Below, piece after piece: positions 25,501-38,895 of a DNA stretch of 64,000 nucleotides. Under the pieces are notes generated by a model that did no database searches, was not told where the DNA came from, and saw only the letters and a program-made list of their open reading frames with translations. Source of the stretch: Octopus vulgaris (Eukaryota). The stretch spans positions 140,740,001-140,804,000 of the forward strand of contig OX597818.1 in the NCBI GenBank assembly GCA_951406725.2. The letters are read 5' to 3'. Numbering within the stretch: position 1 is the stretch's first letter; each line of letters opens with the position of its first letter. The translations under genes and the position numbers were made by a program.

Positions 25501-26444
25501 TTAGCAATACTTTCCGATTTATGCACATGACCAGCAATTTTAGGTAAGGGGTAAGTTAAGGTTCTGTTTTAGAAACATCTAGCAAATTTCAAGAGAAAGC
25601 AAAGCAGGAAACAATACCTTCAACCCCAGTGGATAGTTTATCATACAGATTTTGAAATGTAAGAATGGCACCGATAAGATTTGAACTCAGAATGTAAACT
25701 GTTGGAACAGTTAATCCAAAGCATTTTTCACACTTGTATTATGCCAGCTCACCAATGACCAACGGTTTCACAATGTGACACATTCTGGAGGAAGAGTTCA
25801 TGCAATTTAATCAACCACAGTATTTCTTAGAAGAATTTCTGGACTTGCAGTAGCGTGAGAACATGTCATATCTTTCAGCAAATAGAGCATAACTGTATAG
25901 TTTCCATTTTCATTACTGCTGCAATGAGCACCCACACCACCACCAACAACAACAACAATATTTATAATAATTACAACAATAATATTACGAACAAGAACGA
26001 TAACAACAAAGACAATATTATATGTAGGCACATGATATTACTAATAGGAATATGGAGGCTTTTACTAATAATAAATAAAATTAGAGCGGGAATGAAATGT
26101 AATATGGAGTTTTAATTGACTGATTTTGGACATATATCCGGAGATGACGATGAGAAGAGTGAGATGAGATTGAATTCTGTTGTAACAACATCCTTTGCTA
26201 TATTATCAATATCTGCAATTGGAAATATTAATTATCGATTTTTCACTATTTTTATGGTGGAAATAACAGAGCGACCAGCTCAGCGTTAGAATACGAGAAT
26301 TTCACACGCACACACGCATAAACACACACTAAAATATAAAGTTTAATATAAACATTGCATACAATAATACTCTTACAAACACATACATCTGTGTGTGGGT
26401 GTGTGTTGGTATGCATATGTGTATGTATACACACACACACACAC

Positions 26445-26485
<41 letters not shown>

Positions 26486-27199
26486 TCAAATAAATACATA
26501 GATCTCCCTGGATGCATGTATGTATATATGTATATATTTGTAGGTATGTATTTAGATGTATGAATGTATGTATTTAGATGTATGTATGTATGTACGTATG
26601 CATGTATGTATGTGTTTTTGTGTGTATGTACAAAAGGGTCGATTATCCAGCTGAAGACGCTAAATGCGTAGAGACATTTTAGAGTGAATCAATTGAAATT
26701 TATCAAATATTCTACGTTTAAGCATTGCGTTCTGTAATCTATCTCTCCTTGGTGAATCAATATGTGGGTTCGCGTGGGCGCGCGCAAACACACATATATA
26801 CACACACACATGGTAGTTGACCTGCACTACTATTCGGCCGACAGATATATGGCTTTTTCGATGATAATAACCGGGTGATAACATTAGACAGCTTATGTCA
26901 AAATATCTGTACCTTTGATTATATAAAACAGTTAAGTTTGAATTCACATGAAATGGAATTCACAATCAACTGAATTTGAAACTTCTTAACATTGTCTAAA
27001 ATTAAATTAAATGACATCCTGTGCGTTTGTATTAACCATAATCAAGTCTAACCGAATATATGACTGGGTTATATGTATTATGCCTTCCAGAATGGTTTCA
27101 GGTGCCTGTGAATCTGTGAGCAGAGATAGACACATTCTTGCCTGTTCTAAATATAGTCCCGTAGAATGTTACGAATATAAGAGTTAAACAGAATTGTCC

Positions 27200-27355
27200 T
27201 AGCGTTCACCTGGTTTTCATTTCCGCTGAGTAGAAGAGAAGAGCTTGAGACAAAATGTTTTGTTCAAGAATAAATCATGCCGTATGCTCCAGGAATCGTA
27301 TCCACATAATTATGGTTGTGGATGCTCAACACTATAACCATGAAGGCAACCATCT
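27200..27355 (-). mobile_element. Degenerate SINE family A head
   Basis: GCTGAGT..AAAATGTTTTGTTCAAGAA..GGAATCG..AACCA resembles other family A copies. Confidence 0.45.
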
Positions 27356-28479
27356 TCGAATGTGTGTATAAGACGGCAGTGGCTAGGTGATAAAAAGCGA
27401 TTATACATTTCAGTGCTTGAATGAATAAGTATCGTGTACAATTTTCTAAGCTATATAGTCTAAATGTCGTGTGGCATCCTCAGCTTGTTAAATATTTGTT
27501 AAAAGCAATAACCACAGCATTTTGAACAGGGTAGTTTATTCCTTTTGAAAACTCATTACAGGAAATATCAATCTGTGCAGTATTAGAAAGCCCTAAAAAC
27601 GTGTCCTGATGATAACTTAAAACGTGGCTGAGCAGTATATTTTTATTTATTTTCATTAATTTCTTAATTATTTATGAAGGATGCATGTAGTTTCATAAAT
27701 GGAAATTCAGAAAACCGATAGAAGATAATGTGACGTTCAATTTAATCAAATCAGGACAGCACAAAATTTATTTCCATGAACCTCTGCAGATGTGATTGGG
27801 AGAGCCAAAAAGGGAGACAAAATACATTTATATTCCATATAAATAGTTATTGATATTTTCAGGTAATTGTTGTTGGGTGCAATTTTACTATGTCCAACTA
27901 GATCAATTGTGTGTGTGTGTGTGTGTGTTGAAATACTAAATGATTCAAACTGTCAGTGTCCATCCTAATTGGCTCCTCACCCTAAATTGTCTTTGAAGAG
28001 TAATTAAAATATAAGAATTTGATAAAATGGAATTTTGAACCTCCAAACAAAATTTACTTTCATGTGCTTAGCAAATGTGATTTGAGGAAAATATAATTGT
28101 TTTTATGTCACTGTAAAATATCCCCCACATACTCCCTGTAAACTTTACACGAAAAGAGAGGTTATAGATTCCGTTCTTGAATAAATGAAGCAAGTGAAAA
28201 GTCAGTTGCGCAGGAGTGAACATTTACATGATCGATCGATCGAACTGTTTGAATGAGCAACCGAGATGTCTTTTGATCATCGCCAACGGTCTTAAGAAAT
28301 GGGAAGATACGTAGGTTTATGTATTCCTATATATATCATGTTCGACAAATTAAGACAAGAGAGCAACTAGTTAGCACCAATCGGAGTCGATTAAAGTATT
28401 TCTACTCCTGTCTTCGTAAAGCCCACTGGTGAAATATTTACCATTTTTCAATTCTATAATTCAACAAAGATTTTTTGTG

Positions 28480-28930
28480 AATACCTATAAAAATGAGACA
28501 ATCTGTAATTTTCTCGATTTAATCTCCATGGTTTTTATTGATATCCAAGCAGCCAATGTCCTTAACTAAATCGACATTTCTTTTTTTAGATTTGCTGACA
28601 TATTTTCGCAATCTGTATCAGAATATTTATGTGAAACATGCTAACATTATTTTTAAATACATCTTTTTTCTTTTCTACAATTATAACAGCCTTTACTCCA
28701 ACAAATCGGCTAGGATCATGCTTCCTCTACTCAGGCACTCCCATCCCTCTCATTATCCTTTTGTAGTCAAACCTCCAAGTATCAATATCACCATTTTCCA
28801 TTTCAGAATGCCCCTTCTCTGGAGTTTTCTCTATGCTCATAAATTTCCCGCGGTTCAAAACTATCACCAATGATATCAATCTCAGCAGCTTTAGAGGGCA
28901 TGCAAATGTCATCGCACTGCAGCATCCTCT
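28480..28930 (+). mobile_element. Old CR1-group LINE 3' remnant
   Basis: LFYNYNS...RHSHPSHYPFVVKPP...PLLWSFL resembles CR1/Zenon C-termini. Confidence 0.4.
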
Positions 28931-29298
28931 TGAACAAGCAGAAATGCTGCTGAATGTTAGATTTTCTAACAAGAAAAGAAAAACCAAACCTATATACTTG
29001 AACATGTCATAATCAATAGACAAATAAACTCGTTTTCATGAATAGAGATATAATATCGTCTAGTTGCCAGATATGACGTCCTATATCGAGAAAGAGCAGG
29101 CATATACCTTTGAATGCAAGAAGGAAAACCAAAAAAAATGCCTAAATGTCATATAAGAAGGCGAAATGAGATCATTTTGATGCCGTCAGTAGCACAAATA
29201 TGGAACACGTGTATGTTCAAGATGATGGAATTGTTTGGTATGATATTCTGTAACGTTGTGTCTGATCAGATATGTAATGTATTGCAAGTAATTATATT

Positions 29299-29712
29299 GC
29301 GTAGGAGTGGCTGTGTGATAAGTAGCTTGCTTACCAACCACGTGGTTTCGGGTTCAGTCCCACTGCGTCGCACCCTGGGCAACTGTCTTCTACTGTAGCC
29401 TCGGGCCGACCAAAACCTTGTGAGTGGATTTGGTAGACGGAAACTGAAAGAAGCCCCTCATATATATGTGTATATATATGTATGTGTGTGTATATGATTG
29501 TGTGTCTGTGTTTGTCCCCCAACATCGCTTGACGACAGATGCTGGTGTATTTACGTCCCTGTAACTTAGCGGTTCGGCAAAAAAGAGCGATAGAATAAGT
29601 ACTAGGCTTACAAAGAATAAGTCCCGGGGGCGATTTGCTCGACTAAAAGCGGTACTCCAGCAGGGCAACAGTCAAATGACTGAAAAAAGTAAAAAAAGAA
29701 ATAAAAGAATAA
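29299..29712 (+). mobile_element. SINE family B, full length
   Basis: Colinear with 52162-52587. Confidence 0.9.
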
Positions 29713-30087
29713 ACGAGATATGTTAATATAGTGGCAGAATAGAACATCAAGGAAATACGCTGACATTCGTTCTAGCTTTTCACGTCCTGAGCTCAAATCT
29801 TACCGCGTTCAACTTTAATTTTCATCCATTCGCAGTAGGAAAACAAGTAAAATACCATTCAATTAGAGCGGTACAGCGAAATTTATGGCATTGCCTTTAT
29901 ATTAGAAGTAATGAATGTATGATAGGCAGTAAAGTTAGGACAAATATACAAAGGATCCGTGAATTAATATATTTCACACCATATGTGTGTATATATACAC
30001 ACGCGCGTACACACACAATCATACACAGATAAGTGTGTATGTTTGGGTATGTGTGCGAGTTTGTGTGTGTGCAAGTGTGTGCATTAG

Positions 30088-30170
30088 TGTCTTCTACTAT
30101 AACTCAGTGTTGACCAAGGCTTTGTGTGTGAATGTGGTAGACGAAAATTGAAAGAAGCCCGTCGTATATG
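30088..30170 (+). mobile_element. SINE family B fragment
   Basis: GTGTCTTCTACTATA..GTAGACGAAAATTGAAAGAAGCCCGTCG. Confidence 0.65.
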
Positions 30171-30194
30171 CATGTGTATGTATGTTTGAGTATG

Positions 30195-30705
30195 TGGCAG
30201 TGGTTTCAGGTTCTTCATCTAATTCAGGGTTAATTCCAAGTTCCTTTACAAATTTGCAAGTTTCCTTGACAACAGAATGCGATTTTTTGCTGCTTTCATG
30301 TTTGCACACAAGCCGCAGCATCCAGTCTTCTGTACTAGATAAGTACTTTTTCATTGCTATTGTGGAGGTCTTATAGCACAGTTCTACTTGCATCATTCTC
30401 TTCTCCCATTACTCCTAGGTACAGACGATCAACGTCTTCTTTTGGGTGCTGCATATTCTTAGATGTTGGTAGTATTCTTGGCTTCCTGTCCAAATGTTGG
30501 TGTTCTATAAGATTCCAGTTAATGATGTAAAAACTATTGGACTACCGGAAGTGCTAGGATGTTCATGGCTTCGATGCGATTTTTTGAGTTTGAGTTCAGT
30601 GTTTAGTATGAGTCGTACTCTTCTGTAATACTCCTTTCGTATTTTTTCCTTATTATTAGCAGGTTGTAGACCACCTCTGTTTATTCTCAGCTATTTATAG
30701 CTCTC
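30195..30705 (-). mobile_element. R4/Dong LINE RT-thumb fragment
   Basis: YRRVRLILNTEL..NRIEAMNILALPV and WMLRLVCKHESSKKSHSVVKE; a short second copy lies at about 34700-34778(+). Confidence 0.7.
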
Positions 30706-30901
30706 TTGTTAGCACGCTGGGGGAAATGCTCGACGGTATTTCGTCCTTCTTTACATTCTGAGTTAAAATTCCGCCGCGGTCGATTTTTCCTTTCATCCTT
30801 TTGGGGGTTGATAAATTTAGTACCAGTTAAACACTGAGGTCAATGTAGTCGACTAGTCCCAGTCTCGAATAATTTGAGGTCTTGTGCTTTTAGTAGAAAG
30901 T
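30706..30901 (+). mobile_element. SINE family C
   Basis: GTCGATTTTTCCTTTCATCCTTTTGGGGTTGATAAATTTAGTACCAG; followed by (TTA)n. Confidence 0.8.
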
Positions 30902-30914
30902 ATTATTATTATTA

Positions 30915-30969
<55 letters not shown>

Positions 30970-31357
30970 GTTTTTCCTTCTTTCTTCAAATTTTCTTCCG
31001 TTTCTCGCCAAGTGTTTTCCATACACCTAGGGCAGAGAAGCTCATTGTATGCATTCCCAGATTACACACGCAAACTCACAGATAAAATATGTATTTAAAA
31101 ATTAATAAATAAATTAATTCATGGATGGATGTTGTTTTCACAGCGATAATGCTCTTCTCAATACAAGAGCCGTTCCAGTTAATACGATTTTTTGCATTTC
31201 CTGTAGGCATGGTAAGCCAGGAATCATTTTCAAATAGGTTTCAGTACCTTTTTTTATCATTCCTAGAGATCCTACAATCACTGGTACTGTAGTCGCCTTG
31301 AGATGCCACATTTTTCCAATTTCTATTAGCAGGTCTTTATATTTACTAATCTTGTCA
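30970..31357 (-). mobile_element. R4/Dong LINE extreme 3' end between two (TTA)n tracts
   Basis: KYKDLLIEIGKMWHLKATTVPVIVGSLGMIKKG resembles the 25076..25315 peptide. Confidence 0.82.
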
Positions 31358-31392
31358 AATTATTATTATTATTATTATTATTATTGTTATTA

Positions 31393-31462
<70 letters not shown>

Positions 31463-31463
31463 T

Positions 31464-31678
31464 AAGGCGGCGAGCTGACAGAATCGTTAGCATGTTGGGC
31501 GAAACACTCAACGGTATTTCGCTCGCCTTCACGTTTCACGTTCAAATTCCACCGAGGTCGACTTTTCCTTTCATCAATCGGAATCGATGAATTAAGTACC
31601 AGTGAAACACTGGATTCAATGTGATCAATTGTTCCTTTCCTCAAAAATTTCAGGCCTTGTGCCTTCAATAGAAAGGAT
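31464..31678 (+). mobile_element. SINE family C (Nin/Deu-like domain), best local copy
   Basis: Head GGCGGCGAGCTGACAGAATCG, B box GTTCAAATTCC, GAGGTCGACTTTTCCTTTCATC..GATGAATTAAGTACCAG. Confidence 0.85.
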
Positions 31679-31744
31679 TGTTGTTGTTGTCGTTGTTATT
31701 ATTGTTGCTGTTGTTATGGTTGTTGTGTTTATCATTTATCAACG

Positions 31745-31955
31745 CAGCAAACAGCCGGAATCTTTATCACGTATCAAAACCTGCTTTGCTGCACTCCTTC
31801 CGGTTCTATAAGTTTTCAGTTCAAATACCGTCCGGGGGCAGCAGTTAAGGGCTTCATCTTCCATGGTCGCTAAAATAAAGTACCAGTCAAGAACTCGGGG
31901 CGATGTAATTGACTAAATCCCCTCCATTAAAAATTACTGATCTTGAGCCAAAATT
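31745..31955 (+). mobile_element. Degenerate SINE family C
   Basis: GTTCAAAT..TTCATCTTCCATGGTCGCTAAAATAAAGTACCAGT. Confidence 0.55.
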
Positions 31956-32436
31956 ACCAGAAACTTAGAAGTACTATATTTAATATTTACTTTATTGACG
32001 TATATAGTTGATAGGGGTTTTTTTCATTTTTTTTTGGTTTTTCTTTTTTCTTACATGTTGAAATCATTCAAAATGAGAAAATTCAAAGTTTTGTTTGATT
32101 TCCAAGCAAATTACAGCGAGAAAATTGAATTCTCAGAGATAACAATAAGAGAATTTTTTTTTATCGAAAAAGCCAAATCGTAAAGTGCTAAACCATTTTC
32201 GTGATAGATGGCAATCAATCTTTTTGGTTGGATGAAAATACAAAGCACCAGTTCCAATCTTCGGCCTTTCAATCAACATTAATCGGATTTATGATGCTAT
32301 AGTCTGCGACATGATTATATGTTAATCTGCACGCAATATAGATCTATGGGAATGCATTCAAGCTGACGCATACATGCACAGATATACTGTCGTGCGTAAC
32401 TGTACCTACAATCAGAAAATGCACACAAGCACCCAC

Positions 32437-32529
<93 letters not shown>

Positions 32530-32729
32530 TTTCTGTGTTTCTGTGTGTGTTTGTGTGTGTGTATTTACACACACACACACACAGCCATTTCGTTTCAGAA
32601 AGAAGTCTCTTCTAGTAGTGTTATCTTTTTAATTGAGACATATTTCGGTTTACTTTATGCATACTTATCCGTTCTGTTCACTCTATCAGCCAGACTATCA
32701 GACGCCCTTATACATCGCTAATCACAATG

Positions 32730-34560
32730 CACTTCCGAAATTCTCTCGTCTTCCAGTTCTTCTGAGTGGTCTTTTGGATACCACTCAACAACTGCACTAG
32801 TCTAACTGTGTATGCTTTCCAGCATATCATGTCCCGTGTTCACTTTCCTCATGGCATTCATTCCACTCGGTTGCAGAATTACCTTCTTTAGGCTATGATC
32901 TCGGAATGATATTTCTCACATAGATCTTTCCATGATCATTTGTATCTTAGTTGTTCTCCCTTCTTTGTTGTAGTAGATATGCAGGTAGGGCGCTGTTATT
33001 GAAGGGACTGGTACCCAAGATTTTGTGGTTAGGGTGTTGGATTCGTGATTGTAAGATTTGGGGTTTAATGCCTGAATCGGGCGATGTGTTGTGTTCTTGA
33101 GCAAAACAATTCATTTCACGCCGTTCCAGTTCACTCAACTAGCCACAGTGAGTAATCTTGCGACGGACCGCTGTCCCGTCCAGGTGGAGAATTTATAGGA
33201 CATGGGAACCGTGAAACCAGTCCTTGTGTGTCGGCAACACTCGAGAAGGTAACCTTTACCTTTAATTTTTATTTTTACCCAAGATTCTGTCTGTTTGTGG
33301 GTTGAGTGCATCTTGAATCGAATTGAACGGCGTGCATTTTTCTTTCATATTTTGTACTTTAAGGCTTACTGTTGATCTTTATTGATCCACTCTTGTCTGC
33401 ATGGTCTACAACTTATTCGAAGCTTCTGCTATGTTGTATGCAAATCGGAGTTTTGTCAGTAGAGAGCCGTCGATGTAGGCGCCACCTATCGAATCAATGA
33501 TATTGATGACCATTTATAGACATGCGCTGAAAAGGTATGGCGAGATGACATCTTGATCAACACCCTTTTGAACTGGAACTCTTACAGGTGGTTACAGCAG
33601 AACTATGTCGGTGGTACACTAGGTTCGCCTCTTCCGAGAACATTGAAATATCGTATCTCGTCTCCTTTAATTTCCAGTAAACTCATCATTTCATTCAAAT
33701 TGTCTCTAGCGAGAATCTTTGCAGACGGTACTAAGAGGCTGTTTTTAATCTCTCGTTCGTTCAAGAAGCTATATTAGGTGAATATATAGTCTAGCATGCA
33801 ATTCTTTATAAACGTGCTCATTCATTTAGATATTGGTCGTTCAAATGTTTCTATGGAGTAATGACTATGACATATGTAAAAGTTTGTAGGAGTGGGGCAA
33901 GAGGTATATCAGATGATAGTTACTGAAATCTTCCCCAACAACATTCTTATAATGTAAGATAATATTCAAATGCAGTAGTTGAATATTCCCTCTCTTTCAA
34001 ATTTCGAATATGAGATGATCAAGTATTTTCTGTAGTTGGCCGTCTCACATTTTAAGTTTTCCGTTGTTATACCACGTATTTCGGGGATTGGGGTAATCTC
34101 TCATCATCAACTTTAAAGCATGCTTTATGTTAATGGCCAGAATAGCTGATACTTCTTCCAATACTTGTGACGAGGAACAAGCACCACTGGTGATTAGAAA
34201 GTAATGATATAACAGTTTTATAGATCTCCTACACATCTTTGTTTTTACGGTCTCTGTTAGTACGTCGTCTTCCTTGAGCACTGTTACTTCTGATATATTT
34301 ATTGCAATTATCTCCGATATTTCTATAAACTTTTCCTATCTTCTGCCGTACATAGTAGCTTCTTCAATATATAGTTTTCTAAGATCATTTCCAGATGACT
34401 TATTGCCTTGCAGAATACAGAGTTATCGAGTTGCTCTTCCATGATTTTAAGTGGCCCTGCAACGATTGAAGGACAGGACGATTGAAAGGTATGCCTTTTT
34501 ACAACGTTTATCATTTGAATGATGCTATGTAACTGGTTGAGCGGGGAGGCCTTAATCTTA
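32730..34560 (-). mobile_element. Old RTE-clade LINE relic, interrupted by a SINE
   Basis: VPVQKGVDQDVISPYLFSACL...IDGSLLTKLRFAYNI (decayed QG..SP and FADD motifs) at about 33430-33580; VVEWYPK near 32780. Confidence 0.7.
33000..33263 (+). mobile_element. SINE family A variant with TTTACC tail
   Basis: GTGGTTAGGGTGTTG..TGTGTTCTTGAGCAAAAC..GCGACGGACCG..CCCGTCCAGGTGG; homologous to 49682-49932. Confidence 0.8.
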
Positions 34561-36199
34561 ACTTTATATAGATTTCAGGCTCAAGCTTACGACGACTTTG
34601 TGCGTGTTTCTGAGACAATCCTTCCAAAGGTTTGGCAATTCAGCAAATCTGTAGCATGGCTTAACTTACCAGTACTTATCTAGTATAGAGGTCTGGAAGT
34701 TGCGGTTTGTGTGCAAACATGAAAGTAGCAAAAACTCGCATTCTGTTGTCAAGGAAACTTGCAAATTCGTAAAGGAATGCACTGCCACCATTTCTACTGG
34801 AGGGTCATTGTCATTTTTGTGGCGATTTGACTAATCAGTAGCAATACTCTTTCCTAATAACCTCTCGCGTAGCCCCAGATTTTGGACGAATGCAATTCAG
34901 CAAACACTTGGAGGATAAACAGTGTGCATATGACACGCATGATATGCAGCTATATATTTTCTATAACCTGCAGGATGATAATAATACTAGCTTAAATAGT
35001 AGCTTAAATAGTAGAATCCTATATGTTACGTCTCTGTCATGACCCATACGTCACGCAAATGAAATTCAAAAGATGGAGATAGCTACAAAATGCATGCTAC
35101 TCAAAACGAGAGAAAAGCATTTAAAACCAGTTAAATACATTTCACGAAAACCGACTGAAAGCGGAAGAGTAAAAATTTTCAAGACATTTCTCAAGTTCAA
35201 AATGCAACACAGTTGTTATCGAATTTCCAGCAATGGAGCTTCGTTTCATAGCTAGAAAACCATTCCTTCATTCTAAAGGAATTCAAAGAGTTAAAAAAAA
35301 TATTCCATGCATGCGCCAACATGCATATATACATGTTTATATATATGAATAATACAGACATGTAATCATATATACACACGTAAAGACATGCCGACATATA
35401 TATGTGTGTACCTATGTACAAGCATACATGTCACATACAGATAGATGCACACATTCATACATGCATACATATAACCATTCACAAAACATGCATAGACATA
35501 TATATATGCACTCATACATACACAGGTATTCATTCGTACACACTACAGCCATACATACATACAAACAAAAGTCAAATAAACTCTTTTACATGCATGTAGC
35601 CTCGAGGAATGAAAGTTTTCCAACCAAAATTTCCAGGCTTTCTTTTCGTTTAGCATGATTGCAATTTCATCTATGGTGGGATCAAGTGATTCTATCTTTG
35701 AAATTCTTTACTCCTGCCAAGAAGCTATTAATTTTCTGATCCGCTTGTAAAGGAAGAGAGAAGAAGAAAAAATGGTAAAAGAGAATAGAATGTATAAATT
35801 AGTAATGGAGTGAGAAAGAGAGAGAAAAAGAGAGACAGAATGTGGGGAAAAAATGAAGAACTCATTAAGTTAGAATTACTCATGTCAGTCACGTGGTTGT
35901 TTTATTTTATTTTAGGAAAACATAAAATACAATGAAAAGCAATAAGAGACATCGACTTCCAATCTTCTCTTTTTTATATGTATTTCCTTTTCACCTTTTG
36001 TGTTTTAAACTGCATGTTTCTACAGGGTTAGCAGAATGTTGTTTTATGTTGGTAACCTGTGGGCGGAAAGTTCATGTGATCAAGTTTTCGTACTTCGACT
36101 TTGATATATCTTTCTCCACACTATTCATCCACAACACTGTCAAGGAAATAAAACTAAAATTTTATGATTTACGTTATTTTATGAACCACACGGGAGCTG

Positions 36200-36430
36200 T
36201 ATTGTACAGAATCGTTAGAGAGTCAAAGAAAATAATCTGATGTCTGCCTTCCGTTCCGTTACCATCCGTTTCTTTACGTTCTGAGTTTCAATTCCAACCA
36301 GGGCACTTTACATTCATTCGCTCTGGAAATCACAAAAAAATAAAGTACGATTCAATTTCTACAGTCACGGTAATCGACTAATAGCTTCTCCCAAAATTTC
36401 AAGTGTTATACCTAATTTAGAAACAAATAC
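36200..36430 (+). mobile_element. Degenerate SINE family C
   Basis: CAGAATCGTTAG..TTTACGTTCTGAGTTTCAATTCC..TAATCGACTA. Confidence 0.5.
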
Positions 36431-36733
36431 TTCAGGAATTATCACACTTGTCGATAGCATCGTATCTTCATTGCGCTTGTATTCTTGCCATTTTTGTTCG
36501 CACAGGTATATACAAAATCAAACGTATTTCGTCCATGACTAATTGAAATGACCTTCTACGGCCATGTTTATTTGAAATTAATCTCTGCCCTTTTTTAAAG
36601 GCGTCATGGTGTGGTTTGAGGAACAGTAATGCTAATACCCTAAGGTTAATTGACCGCTTACTTGTGGATGAATAGCAATTAGCTCCACGATAGAAGGATT
36701 CCATCATACTGCAGAATAAATATTTCATCAACC

Positions 36734-36780
36734 GCTGTTGTTGATGCTGAGCTGTTGTTGATGCTGAGCTGTTGTTGATG
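36734..36780. repeat. 17-bp tandem repeat, about 2.8 copies
   Basis: GCTGTTGTTGATGCTGA repeated. Confidence 0.85.
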
Positions 36781-36899
36781 TGATATTTTAGTTGTTGTTT
36801 GAATTATAATCTTTATTTAGGAAAATTCTAGCGCAGCATCAGAGACATATTGTACATGATAATTTATCCGTGACATTACTGATTATCTACATTTACAGC

Positions 36900-37059
36900 A
36901 CCGTGAAACGGGGTTACTTTGAACAGTTTTAGACTTCTTATTGCTATAATTTCATAGCCTTTTTCTCAATCTCAAATAATTTGACTATGTTTGGAGAACT
37001 AAATAGTTAAACTGATATATGAAATAAAAATAAGTTGCAGTCAATATTTGAATACATTT

Positions 37060-37092
<33 letters not shown>

Positions 37093-37300
37093 ATAATTTT
37101 CGCTGTTCGAAGTAACCCCTGATTCGGGGTTACTTTGAGAAGTAATGTGTTTTTATTAACAAATACAAAAGAAAAACCAATGAACAGCACTAAAAAGTGT
37201 TATAGCACTAAAAAAATGCCACGCAGTTATCAGTAAGTCATATTTTATATTCTCCATTCTTATTCAAGGTCAGGAATCGATAGGTTCAAAGTAACTTCGC
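36900..37300. mobile_element. pogo-like DNA transposon or MITE end with reiterated binding motif
   Basis: CGGGGTTACTTTGA at about 36909 and 37125; inverted TC(A/G)AAGTAAC at about 37107 and 37286; opposite terminus not found. Confidence 0.45.
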
Positions 37301-38164
37301 TGGATAATCAAAGGGGGAACATATCATGTTATACAAGTTTTTACAAAGATACCAAAGTTATAAAAACATTTCAATAGAAAATTATTAACTAGTTATATTA
37401 ACATACTATTTTAACAAAGCTTATATCTTTTATGCAAGAAGTGCTTTCGTTACTGACAAAAGCATTCATATCTTGCAAAAATGTTTGTTTTGCTGGAATT
37501 TGAAGAAGTTGACAAATTCTTTCTTTGAGTGGATAATCAATACGTTGATGAAAGATACACTGCCTCTCATAAACAAGATTTTATGAGGATGTGTCTTCAT
37601 GCGTACTCTGATTCGTATTATCAACTACATTTCCAGATAAAGTACGCAGAATAAGATTATAATATAGTGACATGCAAAACAATATTGGCAGTGGATTTTG
37701 AAGTCCTAAGCGTGATTTGTTATAGTCCTATTTAACACAAGTGTTAGTAATTTAAAGAAAGATTCTCTGCGTGTTCGGAATCCTTTCTAACTCTCACATG
37801 TTTGAAAGTAGTGTGTTGGGAAAAGACTAATCATAATTACTTTCTTAGATGTGGACGGATCAGTTTTAAATTATTGACAACATTTCATAAATGTGGCATG
37901 TAGAAGAGTTATCTTTAAATGTTATAGGAAGAGGTAAGAAAATCTTAAACACTTTTAAGCGAAACGTTTTTGGAAAATACTTTCCCGAGTCGAAATTCGA
38001 GCTTCGAAAATATTTCAAATGATAACATTTTATGTTTTATTTCACATGGTTTGTTTATAGCGGTCATTGCTTGTGCAGCACAATACACACTTTCTCCATC
38101 AACATATCATTTACTTGTATTTGTTCACAGTGTGCTATGTGTCAGATGTTAAATTGATCGCAGA

Positions 38165-38360
38165 TCTAAGATCAGAGTGGTCTTCTACTCTAGCTGCTCA
38201 AAAGCTATTGAGCCTAGACTGACCTATGAGTAAGTAGATGTTGATAACGCACATCAACTAAGGGGACCTTCAGCAACCACGAACCTGGTTTTATATCAGA
38301 GCTTTTCTTCTCCTACATGGATTGCCCTAACCACGGCTAAGGAGCCCCATCTACCCTATA
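38165..38360 (-). mobile_element. Repeat fragment containing an RTE 5'UTR-like motif
   Basis: Minus strand GGGCAATCCATGTAGGAGAAGAAAAGCTCTGATATAAAACC. Confidence 0.45.
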
Positions 38361-38376
38361 CGTATATATAAATACA

Positions 38377-38425
<49 letters not shown>

Positions 38426-38426
<1 letters not shown>

Positions 38427-38744
38427 CTCCGCCGGTTACGACGACGAGGGTCCCAGCTGATACGATCAACAGAACAGCTTGCTCGTGAAATTAACGTGAA
38501 AATGGCTGAGCATTCCACAGACACGTGTACCCTTAACGTAGTTCTCGGGGATATTCAGCGTGACACAGAGAGTGACAAGGCTGACCCTTTGAAATACAAG
38601 TACAACTCATTTTTGCCAGCTGAGTGGACTGGAGCAACGTGAAATAAAGTGTCTTGCTCAAGGACACAACGCGTCGCCGGGAATCGAACTCACAACCTTA
38701 CGATCATGAGCCGAATGCCCTAACCACTAAGCCACGCGCCCTCA

Positions 38745-38745
<1 letters not shown>
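38426..38745 (-). mobile_element. SINE family A, full length, inside (TA)n
   Basis: A and B boxes; colinear with 2449-2770. Confidence 0.9.
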
Positions 38746-38795
<50 letters not shown>

Positions 38796-38895
38796 TTCAG
38801 CAGCAATTTAGATTCAAATGAATATGGTACTTAATTTAGATGCACCAGAATTTTGTATGTTGTTATCCATAAAAATTTGCGGGGTGATTATAATA

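Noticed and set aside
27850-27870. TTTTCAG|GTAATT, possible recursive splice site
   Set aside because: Short pyrimidine tract and no transcript evidence.
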